A DNA stretch of 64,000 bases, taken from positions 1,376,001 to 1,440,000 of the forward strand of contig CAVZDU010000001.1 of assembly GCA_963774265.1 (NCBI GenBank), in the 5' to 3' direction. This DNA comes from an uncultured Chloroflexia bacterium. GTDB lineage: Bacteria; Chloroflexota; Anaerolineae; CG2-30-64-16. Every line of letters starts with the position of its first letter. Position 1 is the stretch's first letter. The notes beneath the pieces are model-generated. The model was not told where the DNA came from and searched no databases. It worked only from the letters and a program-made list of their open reading frames with translations. The position numbers were made by a program, and so were the translations under genes. This document shows, piece by piece, positions 11,902 through 22,131 of this stretch.

Positions 11902-12943
11902 TCACGGCGGCGGGTCAGGCATCACCCCAGCAGCACCACATGACTGCCGCACGACCAGTTCCGTCGGCAGGACACTCCTGCGCGCGGCTGACCCTGGTTC
12001 GGGTGGATTGGCCAGTAACTCCATCAACAAGTCTGCGACGGCCGAACCCAACTGCCGAATGGGCTGGTGCACCGTGGTCAACGACGGTTGGATAGAAGAG
12101 GCGATCGGGACATCGTCAAAACCAATGATGGCGACGTCGTGCGGAACCTGGCGGCCAGCCACGCGGAGCGCCTTTCAGCGCGCCGATGGCCATGATGTCG
12201 CTGGCCACGAAAATGGCGGTGGGTGCACTGGGAAGCAGATGTTTCACGCCAGCGATGCCGCTGCTTTCCGTATAGTCTCCCTCAAAGATCAGGGCTTCCT
12301 CGACCGCAAGGTCGTGTTTGGCCAGGGTGCAGCGGTAACCGGCCAGCCGGTCCGCGCCGGAGGTCATCGTCAACGGGCCCGTGATCGTGGCGATACGAGT
12401 GTGGCCCAGACGGATCAGGTGCTCGACGGCCAGCCGTGCACCGCCAACGTTGTCGACATCAATACAGTGCACACGCTCGTCCGGACAGCGCCCCGCCACC
12501 ACGAATGGGATCCCATCCTGGAGCAAGCGCGCGGGCAATGAGTCATCCATGTGCGCCGAGGCCACGATCACCCCATCCAGATGCCCACTGCCCACGATTC
12601 GTCTGTAGCGTTCGTCCTGCTCAGACGGACCATGAAAAAGCGAGAGCATAAGATGGTATTGCTGCGCATTACAGGTTTCAGTGATGCCGTACAGAAGGAT
12701 GGGGAAGAATGGGTCGGTGAAAAGCTTGGTGATGGTTTCTGGGATTACTACCGCCAGGATTTGGGTGCGTCGCGTCACGAGGCTGCGGGCAGCCGCGTAG
12801 GGCTGGTACCCCGTCTCGTTAATCACACGCCATACTTGTTCGCGGACTACGGCCCGCACGCTGGGGTGGTCATTGACGACACGGGAGACCGTGGAGCGGG
12901 AAACACCCGCTATTCGGGCGATCCCTTCCAAAGTGAACGGCAT
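11902..12943 (-). CDS. LacI-family transcriptional regulator (CelR-like), one apparent frameshift ~12165
   Basis: [24 protein letters not shown]; C-terminal VAIIGFDD...PSLTTVHQP...[10 protein letters not shown] lies in the adjacent frame. Confidence 0.93.
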
Positions 12944-13037
12944 AGTTATGCCTCTCTCCTCTTCGAGAGCACACCAGGGGAGGCGCACCACGTCATTATG
13001 ACTGACCACGAGCATACGTTACCGGATGATGTCTTCT

Positions 13038-13053
13038 TTGGGAGCGCTCCCAA
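13038..13053. promoter_or_regulatory. LacI-family operator TTGGGAGCGCTCCCAA (CelR/CebR-type box)
   Basis: Perfect 16-bp palindrome with central CG, 5 bp downstream of the operon -10 element. Confidence 0.88.
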
Positions 13054-13058
13054 GGAGC

Positions 13059-13087
13059 AGTATGACACAATTGGGTCGCCTTGTCAA
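13059..13087 (-). promoter_or_regulatory. Sigma70-type promoter of the lacI-sugar operon
   Basis: TTGACA (13087-13082), 17 bp, CATACT (13064-13059), with an extended -10 TG. Confidence 0.8.
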
Positions 13088-13148
13088 TCCCTTTTTGAAA
13101 AACTGGCCTCGCAAGGGGCGCGTCATTTCCCACCCTGCGCATCCCGTC

Positions 13149-13157
13149 TGTTATAAT
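13149..13157 (+). promoter_or_regulatory. Extended -10 promoter of dnaE
   Basis: TGtTATAAT about 40 bp upstream of the ATG. Confidence 0.65.
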
Positions 13158-13198
13158 CGGGAGGCTGGAATTCTATCCCATTCAACAGGGTGCGGGCG

Positions 13199-16100
13199 AT
13201 GTCCGACGATTTCGTCCATCTTCATCTTCACACCGAGTACTCGCTGCTCGATGGCCTTGGCCGCGTGCCCGCGATGGCCAAACGCGCCGCCGAGCTGGGT
13301 CAGCGCGCGCTCGCGCTGACCGATCACGGCACCATGCACGGCGCGATTGAGTTCACGCGCGCGTGCAAGGGAGTTGGCATCAAGCCGCTGTTGGGTGTGG
13401 AGGCATATATCACTCAGTGGGGACGCCCGATGACGAGTCACGAGGGTGAGCTCGACCGGGGACGGCATCACCTGCTGTTGTTGGCTGAGAACATGACGGG
13501 CTACCGGAACCTGCTCCAGATCTGTTCTGACGCCCAACTTCGAGGCTATTACTATCGTCCACGCATCGACGCGGACTACCTGGCGAGCCATAGCGAGGGC
13601 CTGATCTGCACATCCGGTTGCCTTGCAGCGGAACTGCCCACGCTGATCAAGAACGGACAGGCGCACAAAGCAGTGGACCGTCTGATGTGGTATCGCGACG
13701 TCTTCGGTCCTGACCGTTGGTATATCGAGTTCCAGGAGCACGGCATCCCTGAGCTGACTGAGGTGAACAAACAGCTCTGGTCCTTCGCCCAGAAGTACGA
13801 TGTTCCGGTGGTGGTCACCAATGATGTTCACTACGTGCGGGAGGAAGATGCCAAGGCGCACGACACGTTGCTCTGTGTCCAAACCAGCGCCTTGCTGACT
13901 GATCCAAAGCGCATGCGCTACGACGGGGATTCGTACTTCTTGAAGAGCCTGGAGCAGATGCGGCAGACGTTCCTGCCCTATGTCGACATGCCCGAGAGCG
14001 CCTTCACGAATCCGATGAAGATCGCCGAGATGTGCGATGCAGACCCGGAAGACAGACACTATCACCTGCCAGATATCGACATCCCTGAAGGCTATAACTA
14101 CGAATCCTACCTGCGCCACCTGACTGAAGAGGGCCTCAAGGAGCGCTACGGTGGCCGCGCCGACGATCCGGAGGTGCAAGCCCGCAAAGACCATGAGCTC
14201 GAGGTCATCCACAGCATGGGGTTCGACGTCTACTACCTCATTGTGTGGGACCTGTGCATGTACGCCAAGCACCGTGGCATCTGGTGGAATGTACGCGGTT
14301 CGGGGGCTGGCTCCATTGTGGCCTACGCGATGGGTGTCACCAACCTCGACCCCCTGCGGAACAAGCTGATCTTCGAGCGATTCCTTAATCCGGGCCGTGT
14401 CACGATGCCCGACTTCGATTTGGATTTCCCTGATGATCAGCGCGAGGAATTGATCCGATATACGGTGGAGAAATACGGCAACCACCGTGTGGCGCAGGTT
14501 GTCACCTTCGGCCGGATGAAGGCGCGCGCGGCCGTCCGGGATGTGGGTCGCGCGATGGCTGTGCCCCTGGATCAGGTTGACGTCATCGCCAAGCTGATTC
14601 CGGGAATTGCAGGCAAGCCGGTCACGATTCAGGATGTGCTGACAGAGGGTCATGAGTTCTACTCCGCCGATCTTAAGGCACGTTACGACAGCGAAGAAGT
14701 GGTTCGCAATCTCCTTGACGCGTCCAAACAGCTTGAAGGTGTCGCGCGTCATTCGTCCATTCACCCTGCAGCGGTCATGGTGGCAGATCGCGAGCTTACC
14801 TATTACACCCCGCTGATGCGGCCACCCAAGTCCGCCATCACTGAGACGGTCACGCAGTACGAGTACCCAATCCTGGAGTCCATTGGGCTGCTTAAGGTCG
14901 ATTTCCTGGGCCTGTCGACGCTCACCTTGATGCGCGAAGCGGCAAGGCTCATCAGGGAGCGGCACGGGATTGAGTACACGCTTGTCAATTTGCCGATCGA
15001 TGATGCCAAGACCTACGAGCTGCTGACTGCAGGCGATGTCATGGGTGTTTTTCAGGTGGAAGGCCAGGGCATGCGCCGCGTGCTGATGGAAATGCAGCCG
15101 ACGGAATTCGACCACATTACCGCCACAATTTCGCTCTATCGACCCGGCCCCATGGAGTTCATCCCCGATTTCATCGCATGCCTGCACGGTGAGAAGCAGC
15201 CCAAATATGTACACCCCATCCTGGCCTCCATCCTGGCTGAAACCATGGGGGTCTGCGTGTACCAGGAACAGGTGATTCAGATCCTCGCCGATGTGGCTGG
15301 CTACACCCCCGGCGAGGCAGACCTGGTCCGCCGGGGCATTAGCAAGAAGTCAAAGAAGACGCTGGACGAACACCGCGAGATTTTTGCCGAGGGCAGCGCT
15401 AAGAAGTCGGGCCTCACGCGTGTAGAGGCTGACGCCATCTGGGATGAACTCATGGGTTTCGCGCGTTACGGATTCAACCGCGCGCACGCGGCGGATTACG
15501 CGGTCGTCGTCGCCCAGACCGGTTTTCTGAAGGCGCATTACCCTGTCGAATACATGGCGGCGCTGCTCACTGTCGAACGTCATGACACCGAAAAAGTCGG
15601 TGTCCTCATCGCCGAGTGCCGGCGCATGGGTATCGAAGTGCTGCCACCGAGCGTTAACGTCAGCCAACACACCTTTACGATCGAGAACCTGCCGGCCAAC
15701 CGCGTGCCCCCGCGCCAGATCACGGCGTTTCCGTTTCCCGTCGAGGCCGGCGCGGCCATTCGCATGGGCCTGGATGCGATCAAAAACGTCGGTGAAGGTC
15801 CCATCGACTCGATTCTTTCGGCGCGGGGTAAACGCCCCTTCACCTCCCTGGCCGAGTTTGCCGAGCGGGTCGATTTGCGCCAGATCAATCGCCGCGGACT
15901 TGAGTGTCTCATCAAAGTCGGCGCGCTGGATGACTTCGGCGAACGAGCGCGAATTCTCGCCGCGATCGATCAGCTCATGCACGTCAGCTCGTCGGCGCAC
16001 GACGCGGCTGACGCGGGTCAATTGACGCTGTTCGGAGAGGTCGAGTCTGCGTCTGACGCGGACATCCTGGCCGCGGCGGGTCCGATCGCAAAGGTCAGCA

Positions 16101-17131
16101 ACAAGGACATTCTGGAGTGGGAGAAGGAGTTGGTGGGCGTGTACGTCTCCAGCCATCCGCTGCAGCAGATGACGGTCGACCTGGCGAACATCATCACCCA
16201 TGCGACGGTCGATATCACCGAGGAGCTTGGCAAGCAGGGGGTTGCCGTGGCCGGCGTGCTGGCGGAAGTGCGGCCGTTCACCACAAAGAAGGGCGAGCAG
16301 ATGGCCTTCTGTCGATTGGAGGATTTGCAGGGCTCGGTGGATGTGACGGTTTTCCCACAACTCTTTCGGGAGAAGCGCGACCTTTGGAAGCAGGATAAGA
16401 TCGCGATCATATGGGGCAAGGCGGAGTTTCGCAACGGCCGCATGAGCATCGTCGCAGACCGGGTGCAGGATTACGTGCAGGGCCAGCGCATCATTGAGGA
16501 TACATCGACCACCTACCACCGGTTTCAGAACGGTGACGCTCAGGCCGCGCGACCGACGGTGCGTGGAGGCATCGGCAGCAACAGCCCGAAAGAGGGTGGG
16601 AAGACGCGCTTCGCACCGCCAGTCGTCGACCATGTGAGCGATGATGAAGACAGTGACACCGGTGAGGCGAATCCGTTTGCAGCGCAAGCGCCGGATTGGC
16701 TGATGGAAGACGCTGAGCCAGATTCGGATGAAGCTGCCGCCGCCCCGTCGACTGCGGTCTCGGGGCAACCTAAAGTTCCGGATGTCGTGCCGGAGAACGG
16801 AGCATCCAGGCTCGCCGCGCTGGCCCAAGAGCAGTCTCCGGAATCCGTCGGCTCAGTTACAGTTCCTCAAACGTTTGTCACACCGCGCTCCCCGCGCCTG
16901 CACGTTACAATGCGCCGCAGTCACAGTCTGGATGCGGATCGCCGGCGGCTGTCGGACCTGGTGGACCTCCTGGAGAAGTACAGAGGAACCGATCGTTTCG
17001 TGATCATGATCGAAGCACCTGGAGAGGCCAGTTACCAGCTTGACTTTCCGAACAGCTATACTTGCATCTGCAAGGAACTCCGGGCTGAGCTCAGTCAGAG
17101 GCTGGGGGTCAACCATTGGCGGGTCGAGTAA
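13199..17131 (+). CDS. dnaE: DNA polymerase III alpha subunit
   Basis: PHP domain [15 protein letters not shown] and TDHG; RGSGAGS; catalytic PDFDLDF; KVDFLGL; YGFNRAHA; OB fold. Confidence 0.97.
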   Translation: MSDDFVHLHLHTEYSLLDGLGRVPAMAKRAAELGQRALALTDHGTMHGAIEFTRACKGVGIKPLLGVEAYITQWGRPMTSHEGELDRGRHHLLLLAENMTGYRNLLQICSDAQLRGYYYRPRIDADYLASHSEGLICTSGCLAAELPTLIKNGQAHKAVDRLMWYRDVFGPDRWYIEFQEHGIPELTEVNKQLWSFAQKYDVPVVVTNDVHYVREEDAKAHDTLLCVQTSALLTDPKRMRYDGDSYFLKSLEQMRQTFLPYVDMPESAFTNPMKIAEMCDADPEDRHYHLPDIDIPEGYNYESYLRHLTEEGLKERYGGRADDPEVQARKDHELEVIHSMGFDVYYLIVWDLCMYAKHRGIWWNVRGSGAGSIVAYAMGVTNLDPLRNKLIFERFLNPGRVTMPDFDLDFPDDQREELIRYTVEKYGNHRVAQVVTFGRMKARAAVRDVGRAMAVPLDQVDVIAKLIPGIAGKPVTIQDVLTEGHEFYSADLKARYDSEEVVRNLLDASKQLEGVARHSSIHPAAVMVADRELTYYTPLMRPPKSAITETVTQYEYPILESIGLLKVDFLGLSTLTLMREAARLIRERHGIEYTLVNLPIDDAKTYELLTAGDVMGVFQVEGQGMRRVLMEMQPTEFDHITATISLYRPGPMEFIPDFIACLHGEKQPKYVHPILASILAETMGVCVYQEQVIQILADVAGYTPGEADLVRRGISKKSKKTLDEHREIFAEGSAKKSGLTRVEADAIWDELMGFARYGFNRAHAADYAVVVAQTGFLKAHYPVEYMAALLTVERHDTEKVGVLIAECRRMGIEVLPPSVNVSQHTFTIENLPANRVPPRQITAFPFPVEAGAAIRMGLDAIKNVGEGPIDSILSARGKRPFTSLAEFAERVDLRQINRRGLECLIKVGALDDFGERARILAAIDQLMHVSSSAHDAADAGQLTLFGEVESASDADILAAAGPIAKVSNKDILEWEKELVGVYVSSHPLQQMTVDLANIITHATVDITEELGKQGVAVAGVLAEVRPFTTKKGEQMAFCRLEDLQGSVDVTVFPQLFREKRDLWKQDKIAIIWGKAEFRNGRMSIVADRVQDYVQGQRIIEDTSTTYHRFQNGDAQAARPTVRGGIGSNSPKEGGKTRFAPPVVDHVSDDEDSDTGEANPFAAQAPDWLMEDAEPDSDEAAAAPSTAVSGQPKVPDVVPENGASRLAALAQEQSPESVGSVTVPQTFVTPRSPRLHVTMRRSHSLDADRRRLSDLVDLLEKYRGTDRFVIMIEAPGEASYQLDFPNSYTCICKELRAELSQRLGVNHWRVE

Positions 17132-18447
17132 TCAGGACGGTTGAACCCTTCTACCTCGTTGCCATCGCTCCGCTGCTGCTCTTTCCTGCTTTTCGTCCGT
17201 CATGGACTGCTGTCGCTTTGGCTGGGTTGGCCATCCTCTGCTTGGCGCGGGCGGTCGTCTGTCGCGAGCCATGGCCTGCCACCCCGTATAACGGCGCGCT
17301 GTTACTTTTCTGCCTGTCGGTTCCCCTCGCTGTCTGGGCGTCGGCCGTGCCTGAGTTGACTCTTCCCAAACTCACCGGCCTGATCCTCGGATTGGCCACC
17401 TTTCGTGTGCTGGTTTTTGCTATCCATGACCGCCGCAGCTTCGAGATTGCGCTGGCGGTCTTTGGCCTGGTGGGGGCAGGTATTTGGGCGGTGGGCCTAC
17501 TCGGTGCGCGCCTGACTTTTTTGCAGCCATTCGTTCAGCGCCTCCCTGCAGCGCTGGTCAGTCTGCCTGGTGCGCCCGACCAGGGCATCAACCCGAATCA
17601 ACTCGCCGGCGCGCTGGTCCTGTATTTGCCGGTCGTGTTTGCGGTTGCGTTGGGCTGCGCGGCCGAGCGGCGTCCAATTGTTGCCGCTCTTCTGATGGTT
17701 GCGGGTTTGGCAGCGGTGGCCACCCTGGTCGTCACGCGTTCCCGCTCGGGGTGGATTGGGTTTGGGGTTTCGCTGGTGACACTCGGCGTGTTGGTGGCTC
17801 TGGTCGTGGGCAGCCGGCGGGTGAAGGCGACGGTCTTTGGTTTCGGGGCCCTGGCATTGATCGGGGGGCTGATCGCCGGGATCGTGTTGTTGCCGACGCG
17901 CCTCGCCGGCAGCGTCGATGGTGCAACAGGCATCTCGCAGGTGGGCGAGGTGATGCAGCAGCTCTCCCTGGATGCCCGCGTGGAGATTTGGTCGCGAGCG
18001 CTCTACGCACTCCAGGATTTCCCATTTACTGGCGTTGGGCTGGGCACGTTCCGTCGCGTGGTCAATCTGCTGTATCCACTGTTCCTCATACCCCCGGACA
18101 TTGACATCGGTCATGCGCACAATATCTTCTTGCAGGTCGGCGTGGATCTCGGTCTCGGCGGGCTTATCGCGTATGTGGCGTTGATAATTATCGCTGGGGC
18201 GGTCGGGTGGCAGATCGCACGAGGGACAGGCGGTTTCTTGCGTTTTGTGGCTCTGGGGCTCGTCACGTCGTTGGTCGGACTCCATGTCTATGGTCTGGCC
18301 GATGCCCTCTCGCTTGGCTCCAAACCCTCGCTGGCTTTTTGGATGGTCCTGGGCCTGATCGCCGCGCTGGCGAGTTGCCATGATGATCGAGCATGGCAGG
18401 TTAATCGGCGCGTAGCGGCCGCAGGCCCTGCCGTTGAGCAAGGGTGA
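17116..18447 (+). CDS. O-antigen ligase/Wzy_C-family membrane protein
   Basis: [41 protein letters not shown]; polytopic; start codon uncertain. Confidence 0.88.
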   Translation: MAGRVIRTVEPFYLVAIAPLLLFPAFRPSWTAVALAGLAILCLARAVVCREPWPATPYNGALLLFCLSVPLAVWASAVPELTLPKLTGLILGLATFRVLVFAIHDRRSFEIALAVFGLVGAGIWAVGLLGARLTFLQPFVQRLPAALVSLPGAPDQGINPNQLAGALVLYLPVVFAVALGCAAERRPIVAALLMVAGLAAVATLVVTRSRSGWIGFGVSLVTLGVLVALVVGSRRVKATVFGFGALALIGGLIAGIVLLPTRLAGSVDGATGISQVGEVMQQLSLDARVEIWSRALYALQDFPFTGVGLGTFRRVVNLLYPLFLIPPDIDIGHAHNIFLQVGVDLGLGGLIAYVALIIIAGAVGWQIARGTGGFLRFVALGLVTSLVGLHVYGLADALSLGSKPSLAFWMVLGLIAALASCHDDRAWQVNRRVAAAGPAVEQG

Positions 18448-19093
18448 TTTCCACCACGTTTAGCACCCAATGCGCAGCCAGCGGAACCCAAATGCTTCCC
18501 GACCACAAGAATAGGGCCGACAAGACGAGGCCCAGCAGGGTTGTCCCCACGACGCCCCACTCACCTTGGGCCCAGTGCAGCAGCCCGAACACGAGCGCCA
18601 GAGGCCACATCATCACCCACGGCGAGATGATCCACGCGAACCCCGCGAGCGGCATTGAACGGAAGAGCAACTCCTCCGCGAACGCTGCAGGTAACATGGC
18701 CAGCGCCACCCCAACCCACTCGCGGCGGTCGACAGGCACAATTGCTCGCAGAAGCCGGTTGTTGTAAACTCCGCCCCCCCACCGTGCGACGACATAGTTG
18801 CCGGTCCACAGGATTACCGGGGCCAGAAGGAGGCCCACGGCTGCGCCCAGAGTGAGGTCGATCGGCAGCCGATTCGTTTCCCATCCCAACGCTTCGATCC
18901 CTGGACCTACCGTGAGGCCAATCACGATGCAGAGAAGGATCAGGAAAAGCCGTGCGAAATTGTCCGGCAGGTGCAAGAGAAGGTTGGTCTGGGGTGTGAA
19001 GCGCTGAAGCAGCCGGCCTGATTGCACGGTCAGCCAACCCATGGAGGCTGTCAGGCAAACCACGAGGGCAGTGAAAATAAGACGATCGCTCAT
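18401..19093 (-). CDS. CPBP (CAAX/Abi) intramembrane metalloprotease
   Basis: EELLFR, FGLLH, AAHWVLN motifs. Confidence 0.9.
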   Translation of the reverse strand: MSDRLIFTALVVCLTASMGWLTVQSGRLLQRFTPQTNLLLHLPDNFARLFLILLCIVIGLTVGPGIEALGWETNRLPIDLTLGAAVGLLLAPVILWTGNYVVARWGGGVYNNRLLRAIVPVDRREWVGVALAMLPAAFAEELLFRSMPLAGFAWIISPWVMMWPLALVFGLLHWAQGEWGVVGTTLLGLVLSALFLWSGSIWVPLAAHWVLNVVEITLAQRQGLRPLRAD

Positions 19094-19154
19094 GGGCCGT
19101 TACACGGCTGCGACCAGGGATGCATCATCATGGTCGCAACCGCGTGCTCTTTCG

Positions 19155-21299
19155 TCAATCCCGTGTAATCGTGTAGCTGTAGGTGGCCTTTTCGGTCGTA
19201 ATTGGCGCCAGAGCGGTGACGATCATCATGACGTCCTGCAAGTCCTCCATATTGTCGATCCGCAGCTCACCCACACCGTCCGGGCCGACCGCCAGCCGTT
19301 CGACGGTGAGCGTACCACCGCCCAGCTCCAGCACCTGGACGAGCCAATCCTGTTTCACTGAGTTATCAATCAGGACCCAGCCATCCGCAGTCCAGTCACC
19401 CTCTCCCGCTTCGCCTTCATCTTGCCAGCTAATCTCCGGGATGCGAAGGTTGTCGATCAGCAGCCCTGGCTTGTTCACCGCGTCGTCGGTCACCATTTCG
19501 AAACGGAGGAGGATCTCTTTGCCCGCATAGTGCGACAGGTCCACCCGCTCTTCCACCCAACGGGCCTCATCACCGCCGCCGCTAATGCCGGTCCAGCCTG
19601 GTCCGAAGGCGTTGCCAACCGGGTCTTCATCGGTTGTATACTTGCCTTCAAGGATGTTCCAACGCTTGCCACCGTCGGTCGACACTTCAACATACGCATA
19701 ATCCCAGCCATCCTCGATCTCGAACCAGGCAGAGAATTCGAGGGACGCGGAGATGACAGTGCGGAGATCGACCGGCCGGGTCAAGGTCGAGTCGCTCACG
19801 TCTCCTCTGTTCGACCACCATGAGTACTCACCCTGAGGTGTTGCGTTCACGAGCGGAACCTGCTGCTGGCCTTCGAATCGAATCATGATGGGCTGACGGC
19901 CAGCGAGCCGGATGTAATCCGCGCCGTATTGGCTGACTTGTGCTTTCGCGGAGACGGGATAGCGGCGATATTCCTCTGAGATGGCCATGGGGAACAAGTC
20001 AATATCCGAGTAGCCGTAGCGGCCTTCATCATCGGCCTCGGGTGCATCCAGGTAGTTGGCAATCACCCAGTCAGCAAAGACATCCTCGAAACGCTCGGGG
20101 CGGCCGGCCTGTTGCAGGGCCTCGTCGTAGCCGGCAATGCCGTTCTTATCGGAAGCAACCACCGCCTTGGTCAGGTCCTCTCCGAACCGATCCAGGAAAT
20201 AAGCAGCGAACAAGTACGAAGCACCGTAGTGCTCCAAGACACTCTCCTCACTCGGATCGCCCCACGTTGTCAGCTGCGTATCGGGGCGCAGAGCGTACGA
20301 CATATCATGTCCGCCCGGGTCGAAGCCGTTCAGGTAGCTGGCCAGTTCCGATAGACCTTCGTTCACCCATGATGCCTCGTTGCGATCGTTGGCCCAGTGG
20401 ATCATGTGCTGAAATTCATGCGCCAGCGTGCCGTCATAATATGTGCTGTTTGGCTCCGCGTTGTCGGAATCTGCCGAGACGTAAAACATCTCTCGCTCAT
20501 TGGAATACTCGTTTACCTGCCTGGCGTATTCATCGGCTGATGAGTAATAGCCGGCGACGCTCTCGCCCAAACCGCGTGCATGGAGGATGTGCAGCCGGGG
20601 GTCGTTATCGACGCCAGGTTTCCACTCACTGCCAAAGAACTCGCGATTGGTCGGATACGTCTCTTTTGTAAATCGGTTGGCCGAGGCTTCGAGGTCGTTC
20701 TGGTTCAGCCGCACACCATCCTGAACCCACACTGCCAAGACGTCGGTGACGTACTTCAGCTCGGCGGTGATCTGCGTGTAGTCTCGAGTGTCTTGGTTTG
20801 AGATCCAGAACCGCTGTTTATCACCGACCTTGTACTGCGGGGCAGAGTCCGTCATGATTTCCGGGATGTTCCCTCCGTCAGGACTCAGCCGCATGGCCAG
20901 CAGCCTGCGATCGGCAGACGGCATCTCGCTCGCCTCGAGCATCGCGACCTCATCTAACGTAGACGCGTCGGGCGCGGCCGCCGGGGCTGTCGTAGGCGCT
21001 GCACTGCCCTCCGGAGTGGGGAGTAGGGTCGCTGCGGTGGGCGTTGGCTGGCTTGTGCTGTCACTCTGGGGCCGCTCGATTTCCGCGGGCGTCGGTGTGG
21101 CAGCAACGGGGGTGCGCATCCCTTGCGTTGTGGCGATGCGCGTCACGACTCGCGTGATCATCACAGTGGGCCGTCCGGACTGTCCGAATGGCGTCCTCAT
21201 CAGAAAGGCGCCGACCCCGCCCATAACAACGCAGGAGCAGCAAACGACAAGCGCTGCTACGATCAAGACGATCAGCAAGGTTCGGTTTGATTTCTGCAC
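19155..21299 (-). CDS. Membrane-anchored zinc metalloprotease (immune inhibitor A/M6- or M30-like)
   Basis: N-terminal TM, T/P-rich linker, TLAHEFQHMIH (HExxH) with WVNEGLS, C-terminal beta-sandwich (EDGWDYAYVEVSTDGG, IDNLRIP). Confidence 0.82.
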   Translation of the reverse strand: MQKSNRTLLIVLIVAALVVCCSCVVMGGVGAFLMRTPFGQSGRPTVMITRVVTRIATTQGMRTPVAATPTPAEIERPQSDSTSQPTPTAATLLPTPEGSAAPTTAPAAAPDASTLDEVAMLEASEMPSADRRLLAMRLSPDGGNIPEIMTDSAPQYKVGDKQRFWISNQDTRDYTQITAELKYVTDVLAVWVQDGVRLNQNDLEASANRFTKETYPTNREFFGSEWKPGVDNDPRLHILHARGLGESVAGYYSSADEYARQVNEYSNEREMFYVSADSDNAEPNSTYYDGTLAHEFQHMIHWANDRNEASWVNEGLSELASYLNGFDPGGHDMSYALRPDTQLTTWGDPSEESVLEHYGASYLFAAYFLDRFGEDLTKAVVASDKNGIAGYDEALQQAGRPERFEDVFADWVIANYLDAPEADDEGRYGYSDIDLFPMAISEEYRRYPVSAKAQVSQYGADYIRLAGRQPIMIRFEGQQQVPLVNATPQGEYSWWSNRGDVSDSTLTRPVDLRTVISASLEFSAWFEIEDGWDYAYVEVSTDGGKRWNILEGKYTTDEDPVGNAFGPGWTGISGGGDEARWVEERVDLSHYAGKEILLRFEMVTDDAVNKPGLLIDNLRIPEISWQDEGEAGEGDWTADGWVLIDNSVKQDWLVQVLELGGGTLTVERLAVGPDGVGELRIDNMEDLQDVMMIVTALAPITTEKATYSYTITRD

Positions 21300-21402
21300 G
21301 AGGGACTCACCTTTCGCCGGTCCGCAGGAGGGCCTGGGGGCCAGTCACTTTATTGAACAAGAAAAGTTTATCACATTACCGAGAGGAGCGCACAAGGCGC
21401 AC

Positions 21403-22131
21403 TCACGGCCAACAGGAGACTTCATTGGGAAGGACCCCTCCGGCGTTGCTGTGCACACCCTCAGGTGTCATATCCAGGAACATATTGCCGGTCGGCAAGT
21501 AGAAGAAGGTGTATGCGGCCAGACAGACGCGCATTCCCCCTTGACCGTCAGACCGCGGGCGCACATCCTGCAATCCTACCCGCAGCACGGGTGCTTTTGC
21601 ATCCTGATCGTACATGTAGACCTCGCGTTGGGCGTTGATTGCGATTCTCTGCGGATCCCCGCGCACCTTGGCCTGGGGCGGCGGCAAAAAAAGCGGGGAC
21701 AGGGCCAATGGCCCGACCGCGAGAACCAGCCCAAGGAGTGTCTGCACCAACAGCGCGTTGCGTCGCAACTCCCCGCACCGCACCAGGACGGCATGAACCA
21801 CCGCCGACCAACTGAGCGCCAGAACCAGGTACACGAGACTGTTGACCGCAAACCCGACGGGGGAGAACGTGGCGCTCTCACTATCAATGCGATAGGTAGC
21901 GATCGGCGCGCCGCGATGACCGACGCATAGAGCATCACACCCCGCCCGGTACGGCTCTACTACGAACACCTCGCCGGACCACCAACTGAGCAAGGGGGCG
22001 ACGATCAGGCAAATGGTAAGCACCAAGGGCCACTGGAACGTGTGTTGTCTCCACCAAATGGTGAGGAACACAGCCACGACGATCAGCCCCAGCCCCACAA
22101 GAACGCCTGCCCAGGCCGGCAGTAAGATCAT
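21403..22131 (-). CDS. Hypothetical membrane protein (about 4 TM)
   Basis: Hydrophobic segments; ATG 22131 overlaps the stop of the upstream gene (ATGA). Confidence 0.7.
   Translation of the reverse strand: MILLPAWAGVLVGLGLIVVAVFLTIWWRQHTFQWPLVLTICLIVAPLLSWWSGEVFVVEPYRAGCDALCVGHRGAPIATYRIDSESATFSPVGFAVNSLVYLVLALSWSAVVHAVLVRCGELRRNALLVQTLLGLVLAVGPLALSPLFLPPPQAKVRGDPQRIAINAQREVYMYDQDAKAPVLRVGLQDVRPRSDGQGGMRVCLAAYTFFYLPTGNMFLDMTPEGVHSNAGGVLPNEVSCWP

Noticed and set aside
13151-16828. Long minus-strand ORFs of 687 and 492 aa
   Set aside because: Antisense shadows of dnaE caused by high-GC codon bias.
13199-17131. Intein in dnaE
   Set aside because: No C/S...HN splice motifs or LAGLIDADG blocks seen; the extra length is a low-complexity linker.
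20788-21930. 380-aa plus-strand ORF and similar overlapping ORFs (24963-25847, 50229-51299, 54899-55876)
   Set aside because: Each overlaps a better-supported gene on the opposite strand and shows no family motifs.
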